DNA of 64,000 nucleotides, taken from the IMG/VR virus record IMGVR_UViG_3300046369_001149, positions 4,800-68,799 of that record. The stretch is one strand, 5' to 3'. Position 1 is the first letter of the stretch, and each line of letters opens with the position of its first letter. A program made the position numbers and the translations under genes. Positions 56,106 to 64,000 of the stretch are shown one piece after another. The DNA is from a virus. The notes beneath the pieces are model-generated. The model ran no database searches, was not told the DNA's origin, and was given only the letters and a program-made list of their open reading frames with translations.

Positions 56106-56381
56106 TTATTTATTATATGTTTTAAACTTTGATACTATTGTATCTCCAAGACCACCAATAATATTAGCAGATAAAGGAAATGTAACTCCAAATATTATTG
56201 CTCTACGGACTTTGCTTATCGAGGATGTTCCCGTATAAAGACCCACTCCTACACCTAAAGCCAAATAACCAATAACTGCACCTAAACTTTCCATACCTTG
56301 ATTTACACCTAATAATTTAGATACTGCTCTACTCCCCGCATACATACCCCCTACTTTTGAAGGTTGTTTTATTTTTTTCAT
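56106..56381 (-). CDS. membrane protein
   Basis: Gly-rich hydrophobic segments. Confidence 0.6.
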   Translation of the reverse strand: MKKIKQPSKVGGMYAGSRAVSKLLGVNQGMESLGAVIGYLALGVGVGLYTGTSSISKVRRAIIFGVTFPLSANIIGGLGDTIVSKFKTYNK

Positions 56382-56478
56382 TTCTTATTTCTTTTTAAAA
56401 AATTCAAAATATGCCAAAACACCAACTACTATTAAAATTGGGGATGCTTGTTTGAGTATTCTTGTATTCATAATATAT

Positions 56479-57000
56479 TTATTTTTTTATCCAACGCTTA
56501 CCATCCCATTTCCAACACATTTCAGTACCACAAGATGTATAATAATCTTTATTAGGGTCATAAGCACCCGCACCTTTGCCAAATTTCTTTGCCAAATTTA
56601 TAGTCATTTGTGGGCTTAACATTGGTGGCATTAAACCCTTCTTTGCAATTTCCATTAAATTTTTACTCGCATCTTGCAATGAAGTTGTAAAATCTGCAAT
56701 TTGTTGTTTTGTACACAATTCATTCCATTCAAAAGGATATTGAGGTGCGGTGTATTTACTACCACCCATAAGATAACCTAAAGAATCTCTTTTTTTCCAC
56801 GCTTCCCTTATTTTTCTTTGTTGCTCAACAGTATCTTTGTCAATCGGACATTTTTCACCACCAAATATTAGCCCTTGTTCTTCTTGAATAAAATCTTGTA
56901 TATCTGCATTGGTTTTTTTAGTCAATTCACCTTTTGTTAATTTACGCAAAAAGTAAACTCCACCTAATAAAAAAACACCCGCTATAATATACTTTTTCAA
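56479..57000 (-). CDS. N-anchored membrane protein
   Basis: TM YIIAGVFLLGGVYFL; Cys-containing ectodomain. Confidence 0.6.
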   Translation of the reverse strand: MKKYIIAGVFLLGGVYFLRKLTKGELTKKTNADIQDFIQEEQGLIFGGEKCPIDKDTVEQQRKIREAWKKRDSLGYLMGGSKYTAPQYPFEWNELCTKQQIADFTTSLQDASKNLMEIAKKGLMPPMLSPQMTINLAKKFGKGAGAYDPNKDYYTSCGTEMCWKWDGKRWIKK

Positions 57001-57011
57001 AATATTATTTT

Positions 57012-57260
57012 TTAACTATATCTCCCATTTGGATTTGGCTTACAATAATTTAATGATGGATTTTCTTTTGTTCCACCTATATAACCTTTTGCACAAACCA
57101 TAACTTTTCCATCTTTTCTTTTATAATATGTTTTTTTATCTTCCTTTGGTTTTATAGTTTCTTTTACCTTTTCGGTAACTATCGCTACTTCTTTACTTTT
57201 AAATAAAAAGTACAAAAGTACCGCTATACCTACTCCTATAATTAATTTTTTATTTTTCAT
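57012..57260 (-). CDS. N-anchored membrane protein
   Basis: LIIGVGIAVLLYFLF, similar to 38137. Confidence 0.6.
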   Translation of the reverse strand: MKNKKLIIGVGIAVLLYFLFKSKEVAIVTEKVKETIKPKEDKKTYYKRKDGKVMVCAKGYIGGTKENPSLNYCKPNPNGRYS

Positions 57261-57497
57261 TTATTTAAACTTTTTATATGCAAAATATCCCGCTACTGCT
57301 ACAACCCCAACTAACCAAAGTGGAACATACTCCCCTTTTTTATATTTTATATTTGTCAAATTTGTGTCAGAATTGTAAATACCATATTTATCTATATCTA
57401 TTATCCTAAACATTGGAACACGATTAATAGGGCGATATACCTCAAAGATTCCCGAATCCCCTCCTCCTTGTTTATTCTTAATAGTCAATACTTTCAT
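57261..57497 (-). CDS. C-anchored protein, shared-anchor family
   Basis: WLVGVVAVAGYFAYKKFK. Confidence 0.65.
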   Translation of the reverse strand: MKVLTIKNKQGGGDSGIFEVYRPINRVPMFRIIDIDKYGIYNSDTNLTNIKYKKGEYVPLWLVGVVAVAGYFAYKKFK

Positions 57498-57500
57498 AAC

Positions 57501-57947
57501 TTACTTTTTAAATTTTTTATATGCGAAATAACCCACTACTCCAATAAGACCATACACAATCCACTTCTTGTTTTTTAAAGGGTCGCCAAATTTAACTTCA
57601 TCAACAACTGATGACTTTTCATAGTCCGACACTCTTTGATATTCTCCTTTTTCTAAAGTTAATCCTAAATTTTTTCCATTAAATTTCAGCCTTGCCATTC
57701 CATTTCGTTGAATATCAGCAATATATTTTTTGTCTTTCATAGCCAATCGGCAAGGGTCGTAATCCATAGTTCTAATACCCCCTTGATTACCACATTTACC
57801 TCTTGACTTACTCACTAATGAAACAACCTCAACATCAGTTTCTACAATTTCACTATTTATTCTACTTTTTTCCCGTAAACGCTTATCTCTTTGTATTCTT
57901 GAAAGACCCATTAAAATACTTTCATAATCTCCTACTCTTTGACTCAT
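57501..57947 (-). CDS. C-anchored protein, shared-anchor family
   Basis: WIVYGLIGVVGYFAYKKFKK. Confidence 0.65.
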   Translation of the reverse strand: MSQRVGDYESILMGLSRIQRDKRLREKSRINSEIVETDVEVVSLVSKSRGKCGNQGGIRTMDYDPCRLAMKDKKYIADIQRNGMARLKFNGKNLGLTLEKGEYQRVSDYEKSSVVDEVKFGDPLKNKKWIVYGLIGVVGYFAYKKFKK

Positions 57948-57950
57948 AAC

Positions 57951-58283
57951 CTACTTGTTAAACTTTTTATACGCAAAATAACCCGCTACTGCTATAAGAC
58001 CATATACAAGCCATTTGTTGCTTTTTATAGTTTGCAAAATATCTTTTTTAGGGTTTTCAAAAGTAAAATCTTCTCCTAATTTTAATTGTTTCCCTTTTGG
58101 TGGACTATACATACCCATTTGACTTTTATCTTGTGGAACTACACCCTCATAGTATTGTGTAGTCCTTGAACTGCCACCACCTCTGCTATCTGTATAAAAT
58201 TCATATTCAGTAACAGTAATTTTGTCTGCATTTGGAGTAAAAGCATCTTTAGTGCCTTTAAAAGTCCATTTCATTGTACTCAT
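57951..58283 (-). CDS. C-anchored protein, shared-anchor family
   Basis: WLVYGLIAVAGYFAYKKFNK. Confidence 0.65.
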   Translation of the reverse strand: MSTMKWTFKGTKDAFTPNADKITVTEYEFYTDSRGGGSSRTTQYYEGVVPQDKSQMGMYSPPKGKQLKLGEDFTFENPKKDILQTIKSNKWLVYGLIAVAGYFAYKKFNK

Positions 58284-58285
58284 AA

Positions 58286-58765
58286 TTATATTTTTTTAAA
58301 AATTTCTATTGCTTTATTCATTCTTTCTTTTGAAATAAATTTCGGTCTTTCATAATACTTTGCAAAAGCAAACGCTGAATCTTGTGGAGTTTTTTGTTCC
58401 AATAGTTCTCTTTTAGCTTTTTTCTCTGTATTATTTAATTCCCAATCTATAAACTTTAATTGAGTTTCAAACTTGTTTACATCTAAACCTCTTTCATTTG
58501 ACCATTTTTTTAAACTTTCCCATCGGCTTTTATGCCATTGAGCAAGTCCAAAAGAAGTACCATTATCTCCAATGGCTTTAGGGTCGTATTTACTTTCAAC
58601 ATAAATATTCCCCGCTATTCCCGAAGCATTGGCTTTGCTATATCCTAAATTCATAAGAAAACGAACAATACCAACTCCGTTTTTGGATAGCGGGGGTCTT
58701 TTAGCACTTAATAACAATAAAAATGTTGCACCTACTCCAAATCCTATTGCTACATATTTAAGCAT
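58286..58765 (-). CDS. N-anchored lysozyme (Phage_lysozyme2-like)
   Basis: ASGIAGNIYVES..DP...GD.GTSFGLAQW...R...QL.FI..EL...F...YERP. Confidence 0.85.
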   Translation of the reverse strand: MLKYVAIGFGVGATFLLLLSAKRPPLSKNGVGIVRFLMNLGYSKANASGIAGNIYVESKYDPKAIGDNGTSFGLAQWHKSRWESLKKWSNERGLDVNKFETQLKFIDWELNNTEKKAKRELLEQKTPQDSAFAFAKYYERPKFISKERMNKAIEIFKKI

Positions 58766-58872
58766 TATTCTCCCGCTTCTGAACCTTTCTTAAAAGCATA
58801 TCCGACTACATAAACAGTAACCGCTAATCCTACTAATCCTAAAGCATATCCTAATAAACTTCCTTTTTTCAT
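58765..58872 (-). CDS. 35-aa membrane peptide
   Basis: MKKGSLLGYALGLVGLAVTVYVVGYAFRKGSEAGE. Confidence 0.5.
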   Translation of the reverse strand: MKKGSLLGYALGLVGLAVTVYVVGYAFKKGSEAGE

Positions 58873-58899
58873 AATATATATATTAAATTAAACTAAATT

Positions 58900-59463
58900 T
58901 TAAACTGCCATTCGTGGCTCATTTGTTAATCCTAACTTACCGCTATCAAACGCATACGTTGGAAAAGTTCTCGTTCTTTCCATTGGATAAAGTATTGATA
59001 CTCTATCTCTTGTTTCAATAGGTCGAAGTGGATTACCCTTTCGTCTGTCATTTACATTTCGTGGTGGAACACCTATTCTTCTTGGTTTATCCATCATTGG
59101 ATATGGTTCTTCCTCTTTTCTTTTTCTATCAACTGTTGCTTTCCATTTTTTAAATTCTTCTAAAAGACCAAGTGTCTGCAATTTTAATTTTGCTTGTTCT
59201 CTTGCAATAGAAAGTCTTGCAATTAAACCTTTTGGTGGTTCTACCCCACCTCTGTAAAAATTATTTGCTTGTTGGAAAAGTTTTAACTTTTCCTTTTCTG
59301 AAATCTTTGTATCGAGTTCATCATTACCTAAATTAGCACCTTCTGAAACATCGTTTTTTTTAGGTGTTGTATCAGTTACAGAAATTGATTTTGACTTATT
59401 CTTTGTTAAGTAGTAAATAGCAAAGGCAATTCCACCTAAAATTATGATATTTTTTGTTTTCAT
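58900..59463 (-). CDS. N-anchored membrane protein
   Basis: MKTKNIIILGGIAFAIYYL; start reassigned. Confidence 0.6.
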   Translation of the reverse strand: MKTKNIIILGGIAFAIYYLTKNKSKSISVTDTTPKKNDVSEGANLGNDELDTKISEKEKLKLFQQANNFYRGGVEPPKGLIARLSIAREQAKLKLQTLGLLEEFKKWKATVDRKRKEEEPYPMMDKPRRIGVPPRNVNDRRKGNPLRPIETRDRVSILYPMERTRTFPTYAFDSGKLGLTNEPRMAV

Positions 59464-59548
59464 ATTTGATATAATTAGCGTAAATAAATATAGCAAATAT
59501 CAAAAATTATTTTAGGGAATAATAATTATGGAGTTAATTTAAAAGCAA

Positions 59549-60457
59549 CTATTGAATTTGTTTTAGCAATAATTTGCAATTTTTATTCATATTAAGCGAC
59601 TTCAAAGCCACTTGTCGGAGTTCATAACCATAGTTTTGGTCGTATTTTTCTAATTCATTGATTAAAAATTCTTCCGTTGTAGGTATTTTCATTTTTCTTC
59701 CACTACAATTATTTTCGTGAAAATGATAGTAATTCGCTTGGGTTAAAAAACCATCTGAATATGAATTTTGATATGGTCGGTGGTCTGCAACAATAACATT
59801 TCTTCCACAAGCCATTGATTCATAACAACCTCTACCTAAAGAAAAAACAAGGTCTGCTTTATATATCTGATTTTCAATATCAAAAATTGGATTTGTAAAC
59901 TTATTGTTTGAATAAAAAATTATATTTTTCTTTTTACATATTTCAGCCAAAATTTCATTAAAAGATGAACTTTGAGATAATGACAAACAACTTTTTAATT
60001 GAGGTCTTGTTTGCTTAAAATTAAACCTATCTAAATCTACAAAATTGGAAATATAAACTGAATCTAATCCATACTTTGTCTTTAAATAATTTTGCACTTC
60101 TTTACTAATTGCTATATACTTTAAGCCATTATGTATAACGGGTTGTTCTTCGGGTGGTATTGTTCCGTGTACAATTTGAAAAACATTATTTAAAGGTTGC
60201 CCTTTTAGGTAACTTATATAAGATTTCACAGAACTTTGATGAGATAAAAAACAAGCATCATAAGAGGTTGTTAATCTGTTTGCTCGTATTTTAAAATCAT
60301 CTTCGATTTTATCAGACATAATCCCTAACCTATTGGGTTGTCCGACTAATAATTCAACATCGTGTCCTAATTTTTTAAGACCTTTTATTAAAGTGTAAGT
60401 AAATGTTTCAGACCCGCCAAGCGTATCTAAATGATTTTGACCGACTAATATTTGCAT
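59549..60457 (-). CDS. GT-B (family 4-like) glycosyltransferase
   Basis: GGSETFTYTL..GL..LGHDV, ISKEV, NFVDLDRF, GRGCYESMACGR. Confidence 0.85.
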   Translation of the reverse strand: MQILVGQNHLDTLGGSETFTYTLIKGLKKLGHDVELLVGQPNRLGIMSDKIEDDFKIRANRLTTSYDACFLSHQSSVKSYISYLKGQPLNNVFQIVHGTIPPEEQPVIHNGLKYIAISKEVQNYLKTKYGLDSVYISNFVDLDRFNFKQTRPQLKSCLSLSQSSSFNEILAEICKKKNIIFYSNNKFTNPIFDIENQIYKADLVFSLGRGCYESMACGRNVIVADHRPYQNSYSDGFLTQANYYHFHENNCSGRKMKIPTTEEFLINELEKYDQNYGYELRQVALKSLNMNKNCKLLLKQIQ

Positions 60458-60468
60458 CTTTTAGTATT

Positions 60469-61113
60469 TTATCTCTTGTACGCAGTAACAAAGTATTCTA
60501 AATTTCCTATTGGTTTGTATTCACCATTAGCACCATAACCAACAAGATTACCTTCACTTATTTCTATATCTTTAAACCCCGTTGCACTAAACATACTTAT
60601 TAATTCTTCTTTAAGATACAAATTTACAAAGGTAGTTTCTTTATAATATTCATTTGGTCTTTGCGGGAATTGAATATAAACTTTTCCACCTTTTTTAAGA
60701 CATTTATATAAGTTTTTAAGTATTTCAGAGTGATACCTTTTATCGTTATGCTGAAAAACCATAATACTATAAATGAAATCAAAATAATCATAATCTTTTA
60801 TAATATTTAATCCATCAGAGTAGTGAGTAATAATATCTGAATCAATAGTGTCTATTGCTTTTAAAAATTTAGCACTTGCATCTGCCCCGTGTTTTTCTTT
60901 TGCTTTAAGATGAGTTAAAGTTCTTCCAATACCACATCCGAAATCAAGTATAATATCGTTTTTAATATCATATTCTTTTGCTATTTCGTATGCTTGTGCT
61001 TTACCTTCATCCCAAAAATCTTTTTCAGTTCGTTGAGGTAATATGAAGTCAATCCAATTATCCGTATTTTCAATTTCTTTCCAAGTGTTTTTTATCAAAT
61101 TTTCTTCCATCAA
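60469..61113 (-). CDS. class I SAM-dependent methyltransferase
   Basis: ILDFGCGIGR, FDFIYSIMVFQH, LKKGG. Confidence 0.9.
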   Translation of the reverse strand: MMEENLIKNTWKEIENTDNWIDFILPQRTEKDFWDEGKAQAYEIAKEYDIKNDIILDFGCGIGRTLTHLKAKEKHGADASAKFLKAIDTIDSDIITHYSDGLNIIKDYDYFDFIYSIMVFQHNDKRYHSEILKNLYKCLKKGGKVYIQFPQRPNEYYKETTFVNLYLKEELISMFSATGFKDIEISEGNLVGYGANGEYKPIGNLEYFVTAYKR

Positions 61114-61604
61114 TCTCTGCCTTTAATTACTATGTGTGAATCTTCATCTTCTAAATCAAGATGTGAGAATTTATCTGTAATTACTTTGTAATCACTTTTT
61201 GCATCAAACGAGGGGCAAGATTTAGTAACTCCTTCAAAATCTCTATGACCGAGAATTTCTGCTTTAGGGTGTAAATTTTTATAATAATTACACAAATCTA
61301 TTAGGGCTTCCTTTTGCTCAATAGTTCGTGTATCTTTTGGAATCCAATCCCCGTTTTTCTTGTTTGTTTCTACACCACCAACATAACATAAATGAATAGA
61401 GTGTTTATTTTGACCCCGTACACCCGCACCTATTTCATTATCTCGCCTACCCTGATGTACCTCACCATTTCTATAAATAACTGCGTGATAACCAATATCT
61501 CTCCAACCTCTATCTGTATGCCACTTCCTTATAGTGTCAATAGAATAATCTTTACCTTCGGGTGTAGCTGAACAATGAACAACTATATGATTAATTTTTC
61601 TCAT
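61110..61604 (-). CDS. N-acetylmuramoyl-L-alanine amidase (T7-lysozyme type endolysin)
   Basis: IVVHCSAT, WH..RGW.DIGYH, CYVGG, GHRDF, KSCPSFD. Confidence 0.92.
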   Translation of the reverse strand: MRKINHIVVHCSATPEGKDYSIDTIRKWHTDRGWRDIGYHAVIYRNGEVHQGRRDNEIGAGVRGQNKHSIHLCYVGGVETNKKNGDWIPKDTRTIEQKEALIDLCNYYKNLHPKAEILGHRDFEGVTKSCPSFDAKSDYKVITDKFSHLDLEDEDSHIVIKGRD

Positions 61605-61719
61605 TGGATTTTACTTAAAATATATCCTATCATTTTTCCCCATAACAAAAAGGTTATTAAAAAAATACAAAGCCAAGTAAAAATAACTTGAAAATCGAAA
61701 TTTGGTTTATTCATTTTCA

Positions 61720-61998
61720 TTAGTCAGAAAAAAACTTAAAATTAGTACCAACTTCTTTATCAATATATCCCATTAACTTTCGAGATGCTGATTGATATTG
61801 TTTCTTCATACTTGATGTACTATCAACCCCCAATTCTGCCATTAAGACTGTATTTAAAAACAAAAATTTATCCCTTCTGCTTGTTGGTTTTAATCGTGCT
61901 TCCAATATTTTATTTACAATGGTGTCGAACTCTTGAAGATTAAAAACTCTGTAATCACCATTTGTATCTATTGTTCTGTTGTGTAATTTAATTCTCAT
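61720..61998 (-). CDS. hypothetical protein
   Basis: Own TATCTTTG box at 62018-62025 (minus). Confidence 0.55.
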   Translation of the reverse strand: MRIKLHNRTIDTNGDYRVFNLQEFDTIVNKILEARLKPTSRRDKFLFLNTVLMAELGVDSTSSMKKQYQSASRKLMGYIDKEVGTNFKFFSD

Positions 61999-62031
61999 AA
62001 TTAAGGCATTATTAAAACAAAGATATAAAAA

Positions 62032-62049
62032 AAGGGGTAAAAACCCCTT
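62032..62049 (-). terminator. terminator
   Basis: aagggg-taaaaa-cccctt with a T-tract on the minus strand. Confidence 0.55.
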
Positions 62050-62071
62050 AATTTTATTTTAAAAGATAATA

Positions 62072-62467
62072 TTACTTATTTTTAAATTGTTCTATTGGTA
62101 TTTCAGCCAATGGGTCGTCTTTAAGTAATTTAATTAAATCAGTATTAAAATGTTTAGGTTTTTCTTTCGGAACAGATGATAAAAAGTTATCAGAATTATT
62201 TTCATCATATTTATTTCTGTCTATCTGTTTTGCTAACTTAAACAATTCTTCTTCAAGGGGATAAGTGCTATTTTCATCTTTGGTGAAAGCATCATACTCT
62301 AATACCATTTTAAGAAGTTTTTTAAATCTCGGTAGGTTTTGAATAGCTAAAGCATAATCAAAATCATATTTGCTTTGAAATACAGTACAAACCATTTCAT
62401 CATTTTCATTTACTATATGAAAGGGTTGATGTGGAATCTTTGAATCTATTAATTTCCAATTTTTCAT
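62072..62467 (-). CDS. hypothetical protein
   Basis: Coupled operon of small genes. Confidence 0.55.
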   Translation of the reverse strand: MKNWKLIDSKIPHQPFHIVNENDEMVCTVFQSKYDFDYALAIQNLPRFKKLLKMVLEYDAFTKDENSTYPLEEELFKLAKQIDRNKYDENNSDNFLSSVPKEKPKHFNTDLIKLLKDDPLAEIPIEQFKNK

Positions 62468-62691
62468 TTTAACAAATATTTAATTAAATCGTTTTGATTT
62501 ATTGCAACCGCATCAAATCCGTTTAATTTAGGGTTTTCATCATAAAAATTAAGAGTATATACACCACCTTTTTCCACAAAGTCCATATATCCATTTTCCT
62601 TTTTCATAGAAACCATTTTATTTAATATTAAAACTAAATCTTCGTTTTTGACTTCTATTGACCTTATATTGCTTACCATATCTTTAATCAA
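62464..62691 (-). CDS. hypothetical protein
   Basis: Coupled operon. Confidence 0.5.
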   Translation of the reverse strand: MIKDMVSNIRSIEVKNEDLVLILNKMVSMKKENGYMDFVEKGGVYTLNFYDENPKLNGFDAVAINQNDLIKYLLK

Positions 62692-62890
62692 CTCTATTTA
62701 AAATATCAAACTTTGTTTTCTCTTTTTTGAGAAGTGAAAGCATATACTGTGATTGATACAATTTTTCTTTATAGAATTTAACATCAAATTCTTCGTCTTT
62801 AATTTTTTTATCTAAAATTTTTATTAAAGATTCATTTGTTAAATCTTTTGCTTCTTCTTTTACTTTTTTAAACATTTGCTTTGTTTCCAT
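62684..62890 (-). CDS. hypothetical protein
   Basis: Coupled operon. Confidence 0.5.
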   Translation of the reverse strand: METKQMFKKVKEEAKDLTNESLIKILDKKIKDEEFDVKFYKEKLYQSQYMLSLLKKEKTKFDILNRVD

Positions 62891-62963
62891 ATTTATTATT
62901 TATTATTTGTTATTAAAAAAATTATTCCGATAAAAATTAAACCTACTGCAATTTTAAACATAT

Positions 62964-63188
62964 TTAGCTTATTAAATCAGCTTTAAAATTAGGTATTTTT
63001 TGTGCATCAATTTTAAATTTACGGATTTTTTCTTCAATCTTAACTCCACGATAGTCAGAATATTTAAAAATACTCTCATCTATCAATCGTGAATTAAAAT
63101 TACCACTATACACTTGGGTAAATAGTTTCACTAAACTATCATTCCATTTAAAATCACAAACTTTTATGTTTTTTTCATCAACACTCAT
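62964..63188 (-). CDS. hypothetical protein
   Basis: Coupled operon. Confidence 0.5.
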   Translation of the reverse strand: MSVDEKNIKVCDFKWNDSLVKLFTQVYSGNFNSRLIDESIFKYSDYRGVKIEEKIRKFKIDAQKIPNFKADLIS

Positions 63189-63406
63189 AATACATTTTTT
63201 TCTATTTGTACTAATCTATTAAGTTTTTCCTCATCAGTAATTGTTTCCCAATCACTCGGTGGTTGCCAATTAGGTATAAAACTTTTCATAGTAGCAAAAA
63301 CAATTCTTTGCTTATAAGCTACTTTTTCAGAAATTGAAGTATCATCTTTTTCAGTTAATTCCCCCAATTTTAAAAACCCTTTCATTAAGTCAAATGTATT
63401 TTCCAT
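63185..63406 (-). CDS. hypothetical protein
   Basis: P.DWET....EK..RL motif. Confidence 0.55.
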   Translation of the reverse strand: MENTFDLMKGFLKLGELTEKDDTSISEKVAYKQRIVFATMKSFIPNWQPPSDWETITDEEKLNRLVQIEKNVL

Positions 63407-63411
63407 ATTTA

Positions 63412-63870
63412 TTATTTGTTATTCATTAAATTATTATAATTAAACTTTTTGCCTAAAGATTTTATTATGTTAGTTTTTTCTTCGCTGAAACCAAAACATT
63501 TGCTATTATAAACTAAAGCGTGTGATGGTATTTCAATCTTATTACCTACAAAATCTTTACCTCTTTGAGTAATTCTCCAAAATCCCGAATTTTTCTTGGT
63601 GCTTTCTGTGTTTGCTCTTTCCTCAATTAATTTCCAATAGGACATTTTTGCGAAATCCCCCGTTAGATTTATGTTCTTGGTAATTTCTCTAACGTGAATC
63701 CAATCCTTTTCTTTACTTAAATTGTAAAGTATGATTAAACCTTGTGATTGCATTGAGCCAAGTTTTCTTTTGTATAATTTTACAAATTGATTACAACAAG
63801 GACAATTAACACCCTCATTAAAATTACTACGGAGATACTCTTTTGCTTCTTTTATAGTTTCTATTCCCAT
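63412..63870 (-). CDS. CPCC motif plus winged-helix-like protein
   Basis: CPCCNQ.VK.Y.R, GFWRITQRGKDFV; start reassigned to 63870 because a TATATTTG box lies at 63889-63896. Confidence 0.55.
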   Translation of the reverse strand: MGIETIKEAKEYLRSNFNEGVNCPCCNQFVKLYKRKLGSMQSQGLIILYNLSKEKDWIHVREITKNINLTGDFAKMSYWKLIEERANTESTKKNSGFWRITQRGKDFVGNKIEIPSHALVYNSKCFGFSEEKTNIIKSLGKKFNYNNLMNNK

Positions 63871-64000
63871 ATATACCTGATTACAACACAAATATACAAA
63901 ATTATCTTTAAAAACAAAAAATTATTCTATATTTTATCCCAAAGCGTTTTTAAGCTATTTAAGGGCTTCAAACCAATACGAGTGTATATTCACATTATCC

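Noticed and set aside
1-64000. Eukaryotic giant virus or crAss-like phage
   Set aside because: Peptidoglycan enzymes, coupled operons and Bacteroidota promoters indicate a bacterial host; no virion RNA polymerase, portal or tail genes were seen despite the GG motifs
1-64000. Alternative genetic code
   Set aside because: Code 11 already gives near-complete coding density with coupled stops and starts

Overview
AT-rich, gene-dense segment of a dsDNA bacteriophage genome in standard code 11. No host housekeeping genes, tRNA, rRNA or CRISPR were seen. The host is probably Bacteroidota: TAnnTTTG promoter boxes, no Shine-Dalgarno motifs and a CarboxypepD_reg-like domain. No terminase, portal, HK97 capsid or tail genes are recognisable. 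Instead there is an FtsK/HerA (A32/P9-like) packaging ATPase next to a highly expressed beta-rich 230-aa capsid candidate, a divergent paralog of it next to a long spike, about 45-50 small single-pass membrane proteins and membrane-anchored peptidoglycan hydrolases. This points to an unusually large (>64 kb) tailless, internal-membrane (Varidnaviria-like) phage. The most striking signals are: (i) two large polyproteins built of unrelated modules joined at a [YFM]xxGG motif, one with ten exact copies of GCTAAAGGTGG at the junctions, the other carrying zeta-kinase and ART-like domains; (ii) a second motif, [FY]xNxxG, shared by the capsid candidate and membrane proteins; (iii) a palm-only PolB-like gene; (iv) small genes resembling giant-virus families. 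All family assignments come from motif recognition by eye, not from database searches.
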